A stretch of 64,000 bases of DNA from Cyanophora paradoxa CCMP329 (GCA_004431415.1 QPMI01000138.1:124001-188000); one strand, 5' to 3'. Positions 13,501 to 25,387 are shown, numbered from the stretch's first letter. Notes: generated by a model not told the origin, from the letters alone. Made by a program: numbers and translations.

Positions 13501-16500
13501 CCGCTGGCGTCCTCGGCGGCACGGGCGCGACGCTCTCGTGGAGCCCGCCCGCATCCGGCGCGCCGGCGAGCTACCTCGTGCTGCAGGACGGCAAGCCGGT
13601 GGCCGCCGTTCCGGGCGGGCAGACGTCGACCGACGTCTCGGGCCTGTCCAGCAGCAGCCCCTCGACGCTGCAGGTCGTGCCCCTCGACGCGAACGGCGCC
13701 GCGGGCCCGGCCTCGTACCCGCTCTCGGCGGGCGCGGCGCCGTCGCCCAACTCTGGCATCAACCTCACCGCTTCGCCCGCCTCGCCGAACAACTCGAGCG
13801 CCCAGCTGGCCTGGAACACGCCCGCCGGCATCCCGCCGTCGGCCCTCACCGGGTCCGCCCCGCCCCGCCCTCCGTCCCCTCTCGGCCTGGGGCTGGGGTC
13901 CCGGGCGGCACCCCTGACGCGGCTGCTTTCTCGGCGGCAGGTACGCTGTCACGCTCAACGGGCAGCAGGTTGGGGCCGTGCCGCCCTCGGGCTCGGGCTC
14001 GAACTCGTTCACGGCCAAGGGGCTGCCCCCGGGCGGCCCGGCAGTCTTCTCCGTCGTGCCCCTCACGAAGTCGGGCGACGGCCCTGCCAGCAGCCCGGTA
14101 CCCCTTGCGCCCTACACGGGACCCGGCGCAAGCCCCGCGGGACCTGCAGGCGGCAGCGGTGGCGGCGCGGGCGGCAGCGCCCCCTCGGCCCCCTCGAACC
14201 TGCAGCTCACCAACGTCTCCTCCGGCCTCATGGGCGGCACCTCGGCCACCCTCTCGTGGAGCCCGCCAGCGACGGGCGCCCCGGCGAGCTACCAGATCAT
14301 GAAGGACGGCGCCCCCGTCGGCACCGTCTCGGGCAGCAAGACCTCGATGAGCGTCTCGAACCTGCCGCGCGACGGCGTAACGTCTCTGAGCGTCGTGCCG
14401 CTGAACCCGCGCGGCGAGCCGGGCACGGCCTCGCCCCCGCTCGCGGCGGGCATCCCCGCGAACCCTGGCGCCGGCATCACGCTGACGGCGGCGCCGGCCT
14501 CGGCCTCGAGCGCGCGCCTCTCGTGGAACCGGCCGCAGGGCGGCGCTGGCCCCACCTCGCAGTGCGCAGAGCGGGCTCAGCGCAATGCTTTCGCTTCCAT
14601 TTTTGCGGCGGCTATGCTGATTGAGCGAGCTGCGTGCGCGCCTGCAGGTTTGCCGTCCTCAAGAACGGCCAGCAGATCGCGACCGTGCCTGCGACGGGCG
14701 CCGACACGAACACCTTCACTGCAACGGGCCTGCAGCCCAACGCCCCCGCGGCCTTTTCGGTGGTGCCGCTCTCGCCGTCGGGCGCGCCGAGCGGCCCGGC
14801 CAGTCCGCAAGTCCCCGTCACGCCGTACGCGGGGGCCGGCGGCGCGGGCTTTGGCCCCGGCGCCTCCTCGCCCTCCGCCCCCTCGAACCTGCAGCTCACA
14901 AGCGTGTCCCCCTCGGGCGGAAGCAGCGCCTCGGCCACCCTCTCGTGGAGCCCGCCGGCGACGGGCGCGCCGGCGAGCTACCAGGTCATGAAGGACGGCG
15001 CCCCGTGGGCACCGTCTCGGGCAGCAAGACCTCCGCAACTGTCTCCGACCTGCCGCGCGGCGGCGTCGCGAACCTCAGCGTCGTGCCCGTCAGCCCCGGC
15101 GGCGCTGCGGGCACGCCGTCGCCGTCCCTTGCCGCGGGCATCCCGTCGAACCCGGGCTCCGGGCTCGTGCTCACGGCGACGCCGACCTCGGCCTCCAGCG
15201 CGAAGCTCTCGTGGAACCGCCCGCAGGGCGGCGCCGGCGCCCCGTGCGTGCCCGACCCTGCCCGCCCGCCCGCCCCGGAGCATGGGCGGGCCGGGTGTTT
15301 CGCGGCGCGAGGCTGACGCGGAGGCGTGTTTCGCGCAGGGCGTCGTACTCCGTCCTCCAGAACGGCCAGCCGGTCGCGACGGTGCCGGCGGCCGGCGAGA
15401 CGAACTCGTTCGTGGCGACGGGCCTGCAGCCCAACACGCCGACCGTCTTCTCGGTTGTGCCTCTCTCGCCGTCGGGCTCCCCGTCCGGCCCCGCCAGCGT
15501 GCAGGTGCCAGTGACGCCGGCGAGCGGCCTCGGCGGCGCAGGCTCGCCGGGCGCGGGCGCCGTCTCTGCTCCGTCCAACGTGCAGCTCACGAACGTCTCG
15601 ACGGGCCTCCTGGGCGGCACCTCGGGCACCCTCTCGTGGAACCACCCGGCGACGGGCTCCCCGCAGAGCTACCAGATCATGAAGGACGGCGCCCCCGTCG
15701 GCACCGCTCCAGGCAGCAGCACCTCGACTAGCGTCTCGGACCTGCCGCGCGACGGCGTGGCGACGCTGAGCGTCGTGCCAATGGACCGGGCGGCGCGCCG
15801 GGCACGGCCTCGCCCCGCTCGCGGCGGGCATCCCCGCGAACCCTGGCGCCGGCATCACGCTGACGGCGGCGCCGGCCTCGGCCTCGAGCGCGCGCCTCTC
15901 GTGGAACCGGCCGCAGGGCGGCGCTGGCCCCACCTCGCAGTGCGCAGAGCGGGCTCAGCGCAATGCTTTCGCTTCCATTTTTGCGGCGGCTATGCTGATT
16001 GAGCGAGCTGCGTGCGCGCCTGCAGGTTTGCCGTCCTCAAGAACGGCCAGCAGATCGCGACCGTACGCGTGCCTGCGACGGGCGCCGACACGAACACCTT
16101 CACTGCAACGGGCCTGCAGCCCAACGCCCCCGCGGCCTTTTCGGTGGTGCCGCTCTCGCCGTCGGGCGCGCCGAGCGGCCCGGCCAGTCCGCAAGTCCCC
16201 GTCACGCCGTACGCGGGGGCCGGCGGCGCGGGCTTTGGCCCCGGCGCCTCCTCGCCCTCCGCCCCCTCGAACCTGCAGCTCACAAGCGTGTCCCCCTCGG
16301 GCGGAAGCAGCGCCTCGGCCACCCTCTCGTGGAGCCCGCCGGCGACGGGCGCGCCGGCGAGCTACCAGGTCATGAAGGACGGCGCCCCCGTGGGCACCGT
16401 CTCGGGCAGCAAGACCTCCGCAACTGTCTCCGACCTGCCGCGCGGCGGCGTCGCGAACCTCAGCGTCGTGCCCGTCAGCCCCGGCGGCGCTGCGGGCACG

Positions 16501-19500
16501 CCGTCGCCGTCCCTTGCCGCGGGCATCCCGTCGAACCCGGGCTCCGGGCTCGTGCTCACGGCGACGCCGACCTCGGCCTCCAGCGCGAAGCTCTCGTGGA
16601 ACCGCCCGCAGGGCGGCGCCGGCGCCCCGTGCGTGCCCGACCCTGCCCGCCCGCCCCGCCCCGGAGCATGGGCGGGCCGGGTGTTTCGCGGCGCGAGGCT
16701 GACGCGGAGGCGTGTTTCGCGCAGGGCGTCGTACTCCGTCCTCCAGAACGGCCAGCCGGTCGCGACGGTGCCGGCGGCCGGCGAGACGAACTCGTTCGTG
16801 GCGACGGGCCTGCAGCCCAACACGCCGACCGTCTTCTCGGTTGTGCCTCTCTCGCCGTCGGGCTCCCCGTCCGGCCCCGTCAGCGTGCAGGTGCCAGTGA
16901 CGCCGGCGAGCGGCCTCGGCGGCGCAGGCTCGCCGGGCGCGGGCGCCGTCTCTGCTCCGTCCAACGTGCAGCTCACGAACGTCTCGACGGGCCTCCTGGG
17001 CGGCACCTCGGGCACCCTCTCGTGGAACCACCCGGCGACGGGCTCCCCGCAGAGCTACCAGATCATGAAGGACGGCGCCCCCGTCGGCACCGCTCCAGGC
17101 AGCAGCACCTCGACTAGCGTCTCGGACCTGCCGCGCGACGGCGTGGCGACGCTGAGCGTCGTGCCAATGGGACCGGGCGGCGCGCCGGGCACGGCCTCGC
17201 CCCCGCTCGCGGCGGGCATCCCCGCGAACCCTGGCGCCGGCATCACGCTGACGGCGGCGCCGGCCTCGGCCTCGAGCGCGCGCCTCTCGTGGAACCGGCC
17301 GCAGGGCGGCGCTGGCCCCACCTCGCAGTGCGCAGAGCGGGCTCAGCGCAATGCTTTCACTTCCATTTTTGCGGCGGCTATGCTGATTGAGCGAGCTGCG
17401 TGCGCGCCTGCAGGTTTGCCGTCCTCAAGAACGGCCAGCAGATCGCGACCGTGCCTGCGACGGGCGCCGACACGAACACCTTCACTGCAACGGGCCTGCA
17501 GCCCAACGCCCCCGCGGCCTTTTCGGTGGTGCCGCTCTCGCCGTCGGGCGCGCCGAGCGGCCCGGCCAGTCCGCAAGTCCCCGTCACGCCGTACGCGGGG
17601 GCCGGCGGCGCGGGCTTTGGCCCCGGCGCCTCCTCGCCCTCCGCCCCCTCGAACCTGCAGCTCACAAGCGTGTCCCCCTCGGGCGGAAGCAGCGCCTCGG
17701 CCACCCTCTCGTGGAGCCGCCGGCGACGGGCGCGCCGGCGAGCTACCAGGTCATGAAGGACGGCGCCCCCGTGGGCACCGTCTCGGGCAGCAAGACCTCC
17801 GCAACTGTCTCCGACCTGCCGCGCGGCGGCGTCGCGAACCTCAGCGTCGTGCCCGTCAGCCCGGCGGCGCTGCGGGCACGCCGTCGCCGTCCCTTGCCGC
17901 GGGCATCCCGTCGAACCCGGGCTCCGGGCTCGTGCTCACGGCGACGCCGACCTCGGCCTCCAGCGCGAAGCTCTCGTGGAACCGCCCGCAGGGCGGCGCC
18001 GGCGCTCCGTGCGTGCCCGACCCTGCCCGCCCGCCCCGCCCCGGAGCATGGGCGGGCCGGGTGTTTCGCGGCGCGAGGCTGACGCGGAGGCGTGTTTCGC
18101 GCAGGGCGTCGTACTCCGTCCTCCAGAACGGCCAGCCGGTCGCGACGGTGCCGGCGGCCGGCGAGACGAACTCGTTCGTGGCGACGGGCCTGCAGCCCAA
18201 CACGCCGACCGTCTTCTCGGTTGTGCCGCTCTCGCCGTCGGGCTCCCCGTCCGGCCCCGCCAGCGTGCAGGTACCGGTGCCAGTGACGCCGGCGAGCGGC
18301 CTCGGCGGCGCGGGCTCGCCGGGCGCGGGCGCCCCCTCTGCTCCGTCCAACGTGCAGCTCACGAACGTCTCGACGGGCCTCCTGGGCGGCACCTCGGGCA
18401 CCCTCTCGTGGAACCACCCGGCGACGGGCTCCCCGCAGAGCTACCAGATCATGAAGGACGGCGCCCCCGTCGGCACTGCTCCAGGCAGCAGCACCTCGAC
18501 TAGCGTCTCGGACCTGCCGCGCGACGGCGTGGCGACGCTGAGCGTCGTGCCAATGGGACCGGGCGGCGCGCCGGGCACGGCCTCGCCCCCGCTCGCGGCG
18601 GGCATCCCCGCGAACCCTGGCGCCGGCATCACGCTGACGGCGGCGCCGGCCTCGGCCTCGAGTGCGCGCCTCTCGTGGAACCGGCCGCAGGGCGGCGCTG
18701 GCCCCACCTCGCAGTGCGCAGAGCGGGCTCAGCGCAATGCTTTCGCTTCCATTTTTGCGGCGGCTATGCTGATTGAGCGAGCTGCGTGCGCGCCTGCAGG
18801 TTTGCCGTCCTCAAGAACGGCCAGCAGATCGCGACCGTGCCTGCGACGGGCGCCGACACGAACACCTTCACTGCAACGGGCCTGCAGCCCAACGCCCCCG
18901 CGGCCTTTTCGGTGGTGCCGCTCTCGCCGTCGGGCGCGCCGAGCGGCCCGGCCAGTCCGCAAGTCCCCGTCACGCCGTACGCGGGGGCCGGCGGCGCGGG
19001 CTTTGGCCCCGGCGCCTCCTCGCCCTCCGCCCCCTCGAACCTGCAGCTCACAAGCGTGTCGCCCTCGGGCGGAAGCAGCGCCTCGGCCACCCTCTCGTGG
19101 AGCCCGCCGGCGACGGGCGCGCCGGCGAGCTACCAGGTCATGAAGGACGGCGCCCCCGTGGGCACCGTCTCGGGCAGCAAGACCTCCGCAACTGTCTCCG
19201 ACCTGCCGCGCGGCGGCGTCGCGAACCTCAGCGTCGTGCCGTCAGCCCCGGCGGCGCTGCGGGCACGCCGTCGCCGTCCCTTGCCGCGGGCATCCCGTCG
19301 AACCCGGGCTCCGGGCTCGTGCTCACGGCGACGCCGACCTCGGCCTCCAGCGCGAAGCTCTCGTGGAACCGCCCGCAGGGCGGCGCCGGCGCCCCGTGCG
19401 TGCCCGACCCTGCCCGCCCGCCCCGCCCCGGAGCATGGGCGGGCCGGGTGTTTCGCGGCGCGAGGCTGACGCGGAGGCGTGTTTCGCGCAGGGCGTCGTA

Positions 19501-22500
19501 CTCCGTCCTCCAGAACGGCCAGCCGGTCGCGACGGTGCCGGCGGCCGGCGAGACGAACTCGTTCGTGGCGACGGGCCTGCAGCCCAACACGCCGACCGTC
19601 TTCTCGGTTGTGCCTCTCTCGCCGTCGGGCTCCCCGTCCGGCCCCGCCAGCGTGCAGGTGCCAGTGACGCCGGCGAGCGGCCTCGGCGGCGCAGGCTCGC
19701 CGGGCGCGGGCGCCGTCTCTGCTCCGTCCAACGTGCAGCTCACGAACGTCTCGACGGGCCTCCTGGGCGGCACCTCGGGCACCCTCTCGTGGAACCACCC
19801 GGCGACGGGCTCCCCGCAGAGCTACCAGATCATGAAGGACGGCGCCCCCGTCGGCACCGCTCCAGGCAGCAGCACCTCGACTAGCGTCTCGGACCTGCCG
19901 CGCGACGGCGTGGCGACGCTGAGCGTCGTGCCAATGGGACCGGGCGGCGCGCCGGGCACGGCCTCGCCCCCGCTCGCGGCGGGCATCCCCGCGAACCCTG
20001 GCGCCGGCATCACGCTGACGGCGGCGCCGGCCTCGGCCTCGAGCGCGCGCCTCTCGTGGAACCGGCCGCAGGCGGCGCTGGCCCCACCTCGCAGTGCGCA
20101 GAGCGGGCTCAGCGCAATGCTTTCGCTTCCATTTTTGCGGCGGCTATGCTGATTGAGCGAGCTGCGTGCGCGCCTGCAGGTTTGCCGTCCTCAAGAACGG
20201 CCAGCAGATCGCGACCGTGCCTGCGACGGGCGCCGACACGAACACCTTCACTGCAACGGGCCTGCAGCCCAACGCCCCGCGGCCTTTTCGGTGGTGCCGC
20301 TCTCGCCGTCGGGCGCGCCGAGCGGCCCGGCCAGTCCGCAAGTCCCCGTCACGCCGTACGCGGGGGCCGGCGGCGCGGGCTTTGGCCCCGGCGCCTCCTC
20401 GCCCTCCGCCCCCTCGAACCTGCAGCTCACAAGCGTGTCGCCCTCGGGCGGAAGCAGCGCCTCGGCCACCCTCTCGTGGAGCCCGCCGGCGACGGGCGCG
20501 CCGGCGAGCTACCAGATCGTGAAGGACGGCGCCCCCGTGGGCACCGTCTCGGGCAGCAAGACCTCCGCAACTGTCTCCGACCTGCCGCGCGGCGGCGTCG
20601 CGAACCTCAGCGTCGTGCCCGTCAGCCCCGGCGGCGCTGCGGGCACGCCGTCGCCGTCCCTTGCCGCGGGCATCCCGTCGAACCCGGGCTCCGGGCTCGT
20701 GCTCACGGCCACGCCGACCTCGGCCTCGAGTGCGCGCCTCTCGTGGAACCGCCCGCAGGGCGGCGCCGGCGCTCCGTGCGTGCCCGACCCTGCCCGCCCG
20801 CCCCGCCCCGGAGCATGGGCGGGCCGGGTGTTTCGCGGCGCGAGGCTGACGCGGAGGCGTGTTTCGCGCAGGGCGTCGTACTCCGTCCTCCAGAACGGCC
20901 AGCCGGTCGCGACGGTGCCGGCGGCCGGCGAGACGAACTCGTTCGTGGCGACGGGCCTGCAGCCCAACACGCCGACCGTCTTCTCGGTTGTGCCGCTCTC
21001 GCCGTCGGGCTCCCCGTCCGGCCCCGCCAGCGTGCAGGTGCCAGTGACGCCGGCGAGCGGCCTCGGCGGCGCGGGCTCGCCGGGCGCGGGCGCCCTCTCT
21101 GCTCCGTCCAACGTGCAGCTCACGAACGTCTCGACGGGCCTCCTGGGCGGCACCTCGGGCACCCTCTCGTGGAACCACCCGGCGACGGGCTCCCCGCAGA
21201 GCTACCAGATCATGAAGGACGGCGCCCCCGTCGGCACCGTTCCAGGCAGCAGCACCTCGACTAGCGTCTCGGACCTGCCGCGCGACGGCGTGGCGACGCT
21301 GAGCGTCGTGCCAATGGGACCGGGCGGCGCGCCGGGCACGGCATCGGCCCCGCTCTCTGTTGGCGTCCCGTCGAGCCCTGGTGCGGGCATCACGCTGACG
21401 GCGACGCCGGCCTCGGCCTCGAGCGCGCGCCTCTCGTGGAACCGGCCGCAGGGCGGCGCTGGCCCCACCTCGCAGTGCGCAGAGCGGGCTCAGCGCAATG
21501 CTTTCGCTTCCATTTTTGCGGCGGCTATGCTGATTGAGCGAGCTGCGTGCGCGCCTGCAGGTTTGCCGTCCTCAAGAACGGGCAGCAGATCGCGACCGTG
21601 CCTGCGACGGGCGCCGACACGAACACCTTCACTGCAACGGGCCTGCAGCCCAACGCCCCCGCGGCCTTTTCGGTGGTGCCGCTCTCGCCGTCGGGCGCGC
21701 CGAGCGGCCCGGCCAGTCCGCAAGTCCCCGTCACGCCGTACGCGGGGGCCGGCGGCGCGGGCTTTGGCCCCGGCGCCTCCTCGCCCTCCGCCCCCTCGAA
21801 CCTGCAGCTCACAAGCGTGTCCCCCTCGGGCGGAAGCAGCGCCTCGGCCACCCTCTCGTGGAGCCCGCCGGCGACGGGCGCGCCGGCGAGCTACCAGGTC
21901 ATGAAGGACGGCGTCCCCGTGGGCACCGTCTCGGGCAGCAAGACCTCGATGAGCGTCTCGAACCTGCCGCGCGACGGCGTGACGTCTCTGAGCGTCGTGC
22001 CTCTGAACCCGCGCGGCGAGCCGGGCACGGCCTCGCCCCCGCTCGCGGCGGGCATCCCGGCGAACCCTGGCGCCGGCATCACGCTGACGGCGATGCCGGC
22101 CTCGGCCTCGAGCGCGCGCCTCTCGTGGAACCGCCCGCAGGGCGGCGCCGGCCCCACTGCGCAGTGCGTCGAGCCGATTCTGCGAAACCGTTTTGTTTTC
22201 GCGGCGATGCTGATGGGCTGGCCCGCCCGCGCGCCCGCGTGCAGGTTCGCTGTCCTCAAGAACGGCCAGCAGATCGCGACGGTTCCTGCGACGGGCGCCG
22301 GCCCGATCACCTTCACGGCGACGGGCCTGCAGCCCGGCGCCCCCGCCGTCTTCTCGGTGCTGCCGCTCTCGCCGGAGGGGGGGGCGAGCGGCCCGGCCAG
22401 CCCGCAGGTCCCCGCCCCGCCGTCCTCTGGTGGCGGCGGTGCGGGGGCAGCCCCGAGTCCGCAGGCGCCCTCGAATCTGCAGCTCTCAAGCGTCTCCGCT

Positions 22501-24250
22501 GGCGTCCTGGGCGGCACGGGCGCGACGCTCTCGTGGAGCCCGCCCGCATCCGGCGCGCCGGCGAGCTACCAGGTCGTGCAGGACGGTGCGGTCGTCGCCA
22601 CAGTGCCGGGAGTGCAGACTGTGGTGAACGTATCCGGTATTCCGACGGACGGGGTGTCAGCGACGACGTTCCAGGTCGTCCCCCTCAACGCACAGGGCGC
22701 AATGGGGCCGGCGTCCTTCCCCTTCTCGGCGGGCGCGGCGCCTTCACCCAACTCTGGCATCAACCTCACCGCCGCCCCGGCCTCAACCAATGGCACCAGC
22801 GCCGTGCTATCGTGGAGCACTCCGACCGGCCCGGCTGCCATCAACCTCTCTTCGTGCGTCATGAGAATAATATCGAAATTAATCCCGGGGCTCGAGTGGC
22901 GTTCTACTAAGCTAGCTTACGTTGGCGGTGCGCAGGTACGCCGTCATGCTTAACGGCCAGCGCATCGGGGCAGTGCCGGCAACGGGTGCCGTGTCCAATT
23001 CCTTTACGGCGACGGGTCTCCCGGTGGGCGCGCCGGCGGTCTTCTCGGTGGTTCCAATGTCGGCCGCGGGTGGCCCGACGGGCGCCGCCAGCAACTCTGT
23101 CCCGCTCTCGGGCTCCACTACCATGGCCAGCGCCAATGGAGCCAATCTCGCAGCTGTCAATGCCAATAGAGCTGGATCAGGGGCGGCTCCAGATGATCTG
23201 GCCCCCTCTGGCCTTCGTCTAACCTCCTCCCCCACGTCAACAACTGGTCGGGGAGCGTCCTCCGGAACGCTCTCATGGAAGCACCCGGCGGCCGGCCCCC
23301 CTGCAGTGTACGCCGTCATGCAGGACGGTAAAGTTCTGGGCACAATCCCCGGTAGCCAGACCTCGTTCAACGTCCCAGCGGGGCCCCGCACAGCGGCTGC
23401 AGCTGGAACTCCCCAAGCATCTGCGTCGAAGTACGTCATCGTCCCAATGTCCGCTCAAGGCGCAGCCGGCACACCTTCGTTCCCGCTCGTCGTCTCTTCG
23501 GCCCCGCCCCGGAGCGGCGGGCTCACCATGGCAGCAACTCCCATCGTTCCGGACGCATCGGCGGCAGAGCTCACATGGGATGCCCCTGTAAAGGCCCATC
23601 AGATTAGCGGGTGCGTCAGTTTTGAGGTTGACGTCTCCCTCTCTCTAGATCTATATCGCTCGTGTACATCGGATACAATTTTCTGATATTACTCGAACAG
23701 CTACGCCATCATGGTGAACGGGCAGCACACGGCGGTCGTGCCGCCGTCGACGTCGGGCACCGGGCAGAACTCGTACACGGCGACGGGCTTGCCGCCGGGC
23801 GCGGTCGTCGAGGTGGTGCCCCTGCAGTCCAGCTCGAGGGCGGCGGGCGCGCAGTCCGCCGCTGGCGGCGCCAGCCTCGCACTCCCGCTCCCGAGCACTG
23901 GGCGCGGGGATGCCACGTACTCGACATCGGCTGCCGCGACGGCCCCGGGAGCTCCGAGCCCTGGGGCGCCTGCGGACCTCCAGCTCACGGATTTGGATAG
24001 CCCGCCTTTCGGCGACACGACGGGCACCCTCACGTGGAAGCACCCAGCGACTGGAGCACCCGCCTCGTACACCGTCATGCAGGGGGGGATGCCTATTGCA
24101 TCCGTTCCAGGCACTCAGACCTCGTACAAGTGCCAGAACCTGCCATCGGGGGAGGCAGTGCAGTTGGCAGTTGTGCCAATGTCCGCGAGCGGCGCCCCGG
24201 GGCCCTCCTCGCATGCGCTGAACGCCGTATGCATCCCTTGCATGCTCGCG
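1..24250 (+). CDS. Giant polycystin-1/REJ-like type I membrane protein: Ig/REJ repeats - GAIN/GPS - 1 TM - about 39 FN3-like repeats (multi-exon, 5' end upstream of window, 3' end uncertain)
   Basis: Exon peptides resemble REJ modules (DGSPSNDP; CKIEPPEGIVFRDRFTVSCWDW..YPLQY). After the TE-bearing intron come NP|FSIE, LLFWNATRASWDRCG, and exons 10200-10235 plus 10302-10400, which splice to GTWYARGRCTHL|TTFTV (GPS consensus CxHL/TxF). The in-frame exon from 10477 encodes a TM segment LIAGITAGVGAAAVLAAAAYVY followed by TSREK, then the FN3-like array. Confidence 0.75.
4300..4345 (+). repeat. 46-bp host-derived duplication, left copy (right copy 9695-9740)
   Basis: cctgcatgacgatcgcgaagaatccggtgcttatattttgctataa is identical at both sites. 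It spans a host exon end (CMTIAKNP) and the GT donor. Confidence 0.95.
4346..4506 (+). repeat. 161-bp element repeat A1 (left terminus)
   Basis: Identical to 6393-6553. Contains ggctgcc-aaataaa-ggcagcc and the hairpin aggggcgcactta...taagtgcgcccct. Confidence 0.95.
4513..5694 (+). CDS. gag: Gag-like ORF1 with CCHC zinc knuckle and N-terminal hydrophobic/signal-like segment
   Basis: Zinc knuckle CFRCNKPGHVVKDC (CX2CX4HX4C), a coiled-coil region, and first-ORF position. The true 3' end may lie near 5600 (C6 homopolymer, and a GTGCGC donor just after it). Confidence 0.85.
   Translation: MARSRRSPSWAPLFVVVLTIILLVACAEAAQKRKSTATGARKSAKPKTATTPAPQARRSSSRLQAPANDSAEEEQPAPPPTRSRKGKEKAVSPDPDQQQSDPEDEPEDDVAVRLAQREQFGGAYDEEEQVAARNFPNLAQVDPGAAGPSTGFTRHLQGPYAVPAGNSTAPTSTKPAAGALPPAWAELLQRGIDSAVIKLQEQQQQQLGEQQKDNHEAMQLKNPWLRELALQLSQLKFQLKRCSSCTACYDHVKQSLKILDELRKRIDIRDKGGDKLAERLAGVPEEYRGTAAALAHALNIAGPEAAGGRPYVQHANPRPQHQGRDRPPSQRNSGMCFRCNKPGHVVKDCPNEPRPGWRDPPSRRARPCVDAQFSFRISLDTSVSVCSCKHKYC
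6393..6553 (+). repeat. 161-bp element repeat A2, internal between gag and pol
   Basis: Identical to A1. Preceded by gtaagcaaggctgcc-gt-ggcagccatac, which is complementary to part of A. Confidence 0.95.
6622..8586 (+). CDS. pol: DIRS-type reverse transcriptase - RNase H - adenine methyltransferase-like polyprotein
   Basis: RT motifs DLESGYHHV, LPFGLKHSP, YVDDW and FLG. RNase H motifs TDAS, WRELMAV, SDN and N..SDALSR. DIRS MT-like tail DRMASSAN..RYFS..DCF..W...NYVFP. Confidence 0.95.
   Translation: MGTAIIGHVCQCKASPHFAGGFVASCIQAAVQQWRAIGANDVVLNWILRGFPLSGARRLPAERRANHKSAAVDHQDFVRTEIQKLLRTGAIREVEEAQVNIVCSLSVVPKKTGSKLRLIWDGRPTNKGLPDIPFKYETLEHVAAMLRQGWYMFTIDLESGYHHVPVSPQDWRNMGFEFDSKFYVYTVLPFGLKHSPFAFVKIMRQVVNYFRRFGIFVVNYVDDWWFAAPTYEKACELRDFVLKTFAALKLVVNSKSELTPAQSVAFLGFIVDSARMLFEVPQDKLGRLLALIKGLLKKKKSASAREMAKVAGTLVSMARGLAPARIKTRSLFRYINVVAREWHWNHPVELTNETRRELEWWLANIHRYNGRCPIRPERLLVLTTDASHVGAGAWITTRIGDAQPVAWELEPAPFQCLWNQEEAQQISSWRELMAVLRAMQHYQGLLRNQNILVRSDNTVTVAYINNGGGRHEYLCRVAAAIWDIALLNCISIEAEHIPGVDNEWSDALSRYFYPADYSLKPGYFAMVSRTFGPFDIDRMASSANTHLNRYFSIDLNDRHAEGYDCFTATWRGARNYVFPDPNVLLHLVSHVRQCRASAVFIVPQWPSAPWWPQLQLALRAPAMVLGPAYDVCYRGPRSAQLPSWILVALYVSWE
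8742..9703 (+). CDS. Tyrosine recombinase with one frameshift near 9130
   Basis: The N-terminal domain is in 8742-9158. The catalytic domain is in the frame of 8948-9703: GLLRRGE, GSKTD, TPHGLRRGGAT, GRW, YRRY. Adding one C to ttcccctc joins the two frames. Confidence 0.9.
10690..24230 (+). repeat. Coding tandem array of FN3-like domains (about 690-bp two-domain unit, about 1385-bp higher-order unit)
   Basis: 20 copies of PSNLQL..ATLSW.PP..SY...DG..V alternate with 19 copies of LTA..A.LSWN.P..Y.V..NGQ..TNSF.ATGL.P..VFSV. Each unit has a phase-2 intron at the same position, and the introns are copied too. Confidence 0.9.
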
Positions 24251-25054
24251 GCCATGCTTCAGGGCAGATAAATACAATCGCAAGCAGACCCCCTCCCCCC
24301 CTTTCCCCCAGCCCCCCCCCCTCCCCCCCCCCCCCCCTCTTTCCCACCTGTTTACGTATGCTAGCTATATATATAGCGCTAATTGATACCATGAGCTACG
24401 TAAACGTGTACGCAAATCGAAGTCGAAGACGATGTAATCCGATGATCGGCGGGGCACGATGAATGTATACGTAGTCACATTTATATGCCATGATGTGTCC
24501 AATTGCAACGAAGCTCGAGCTCAAGCAATTGCAAACAAAGCAAGACTCAGAGCACATTAATATTGTATGGCTGATATCGATTATTTATATATAAGTTCTT
24601 TTCATTATTGCAAGGGGGGAAGGGGGCCCCCTTGCTTCCCGTTCCCTCGCTTCAGCCAAAAGTTTTCTATGAGGCCGTTTTCGAGGGCCAGCTTGCAACG
24701 AAATTGTCGGTTATTCGCGATCCGATTGGCTCGGTGAACCGGTCAGCTCTCGACTTTCGAGCGTCGAATTCGAGGGGAAAAAGTGGTTTTCGAGGGGAAA
24801 ACTAACTTCTCTCTAACTCCGGTCTTCGAATTCCTTGCGCGGTCACGGCGGTTCTGCATGGCCCAGTGGAACCAGTTCTCCCTAGCTGTCTCCTCTAGAT
24901 TTCGGCTTCCTCGCAGTGCGTCCCGTACGCCTTGCTCTTCGTTGCGCGGTTCTGCATGGAACCACTTCTCTCTACCTGTCAACGTCTCCTCTAGATTTCC
25001 GCTTCGTCGCACTGCGCAGCCTACGCCGCAGGGTACCCGTGCCGCGTGGACTAA

Positions 25055-25387
25055 TTGGAGCAGCCCCCCACGTCGACGTCGCCGGTCCTCCACATGTACA
25101 TGAGAGTCCTCAAGCGCCTCCGTGACGCCGGCCTCGCGGATATCGAAATTCAAGACCTTGTCTACCAGATGCGCAGCGGGAGCGAGCAGCGCGCCAGCCG
25201 CGTGGCTCTGCGGGCGCTCGAAGCGGCGGGCCGCCTCACCATGCTCTCGCAAGACGGCTCTCTTCAGGACCGCCGCCGCTGGCTGCCGCTCACCCCCATG
25301 GTCGACTTCCGCCTCGACCCCCTCCAGAAGGCCTGGATCGCCTATGTTTACGGCGAGCCCTCTGCAGACAACACCATCATCTTCTAG
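25055..25387 (+). CDS. Hypothetical small protein or terminal exon
   Basis: 110-aa ORF with GC3-biased codons like the host genes. No family recognised. Confidence 0.4.
   Translation: MEQPPTSTSPVLHMYMRVLKRLRDAGLADIEIQDLVYQMRSGSEQRASRVALRALEAAGRLTMLSQDGSLQDRRRWLPLTPMVDFRLDPLQKAWIAYVYGEPSADNTIIF

Noticed and set aside
14990-20300. Frameshifts in FN3 repeat copies suggesting a pseudogene or programmed frameshifting
   Set aside because: They are scattered 1-bp losses, mostly in C/G homopolymers, in otherwise identical copies. Long-read consensus error is the simplest explanation.
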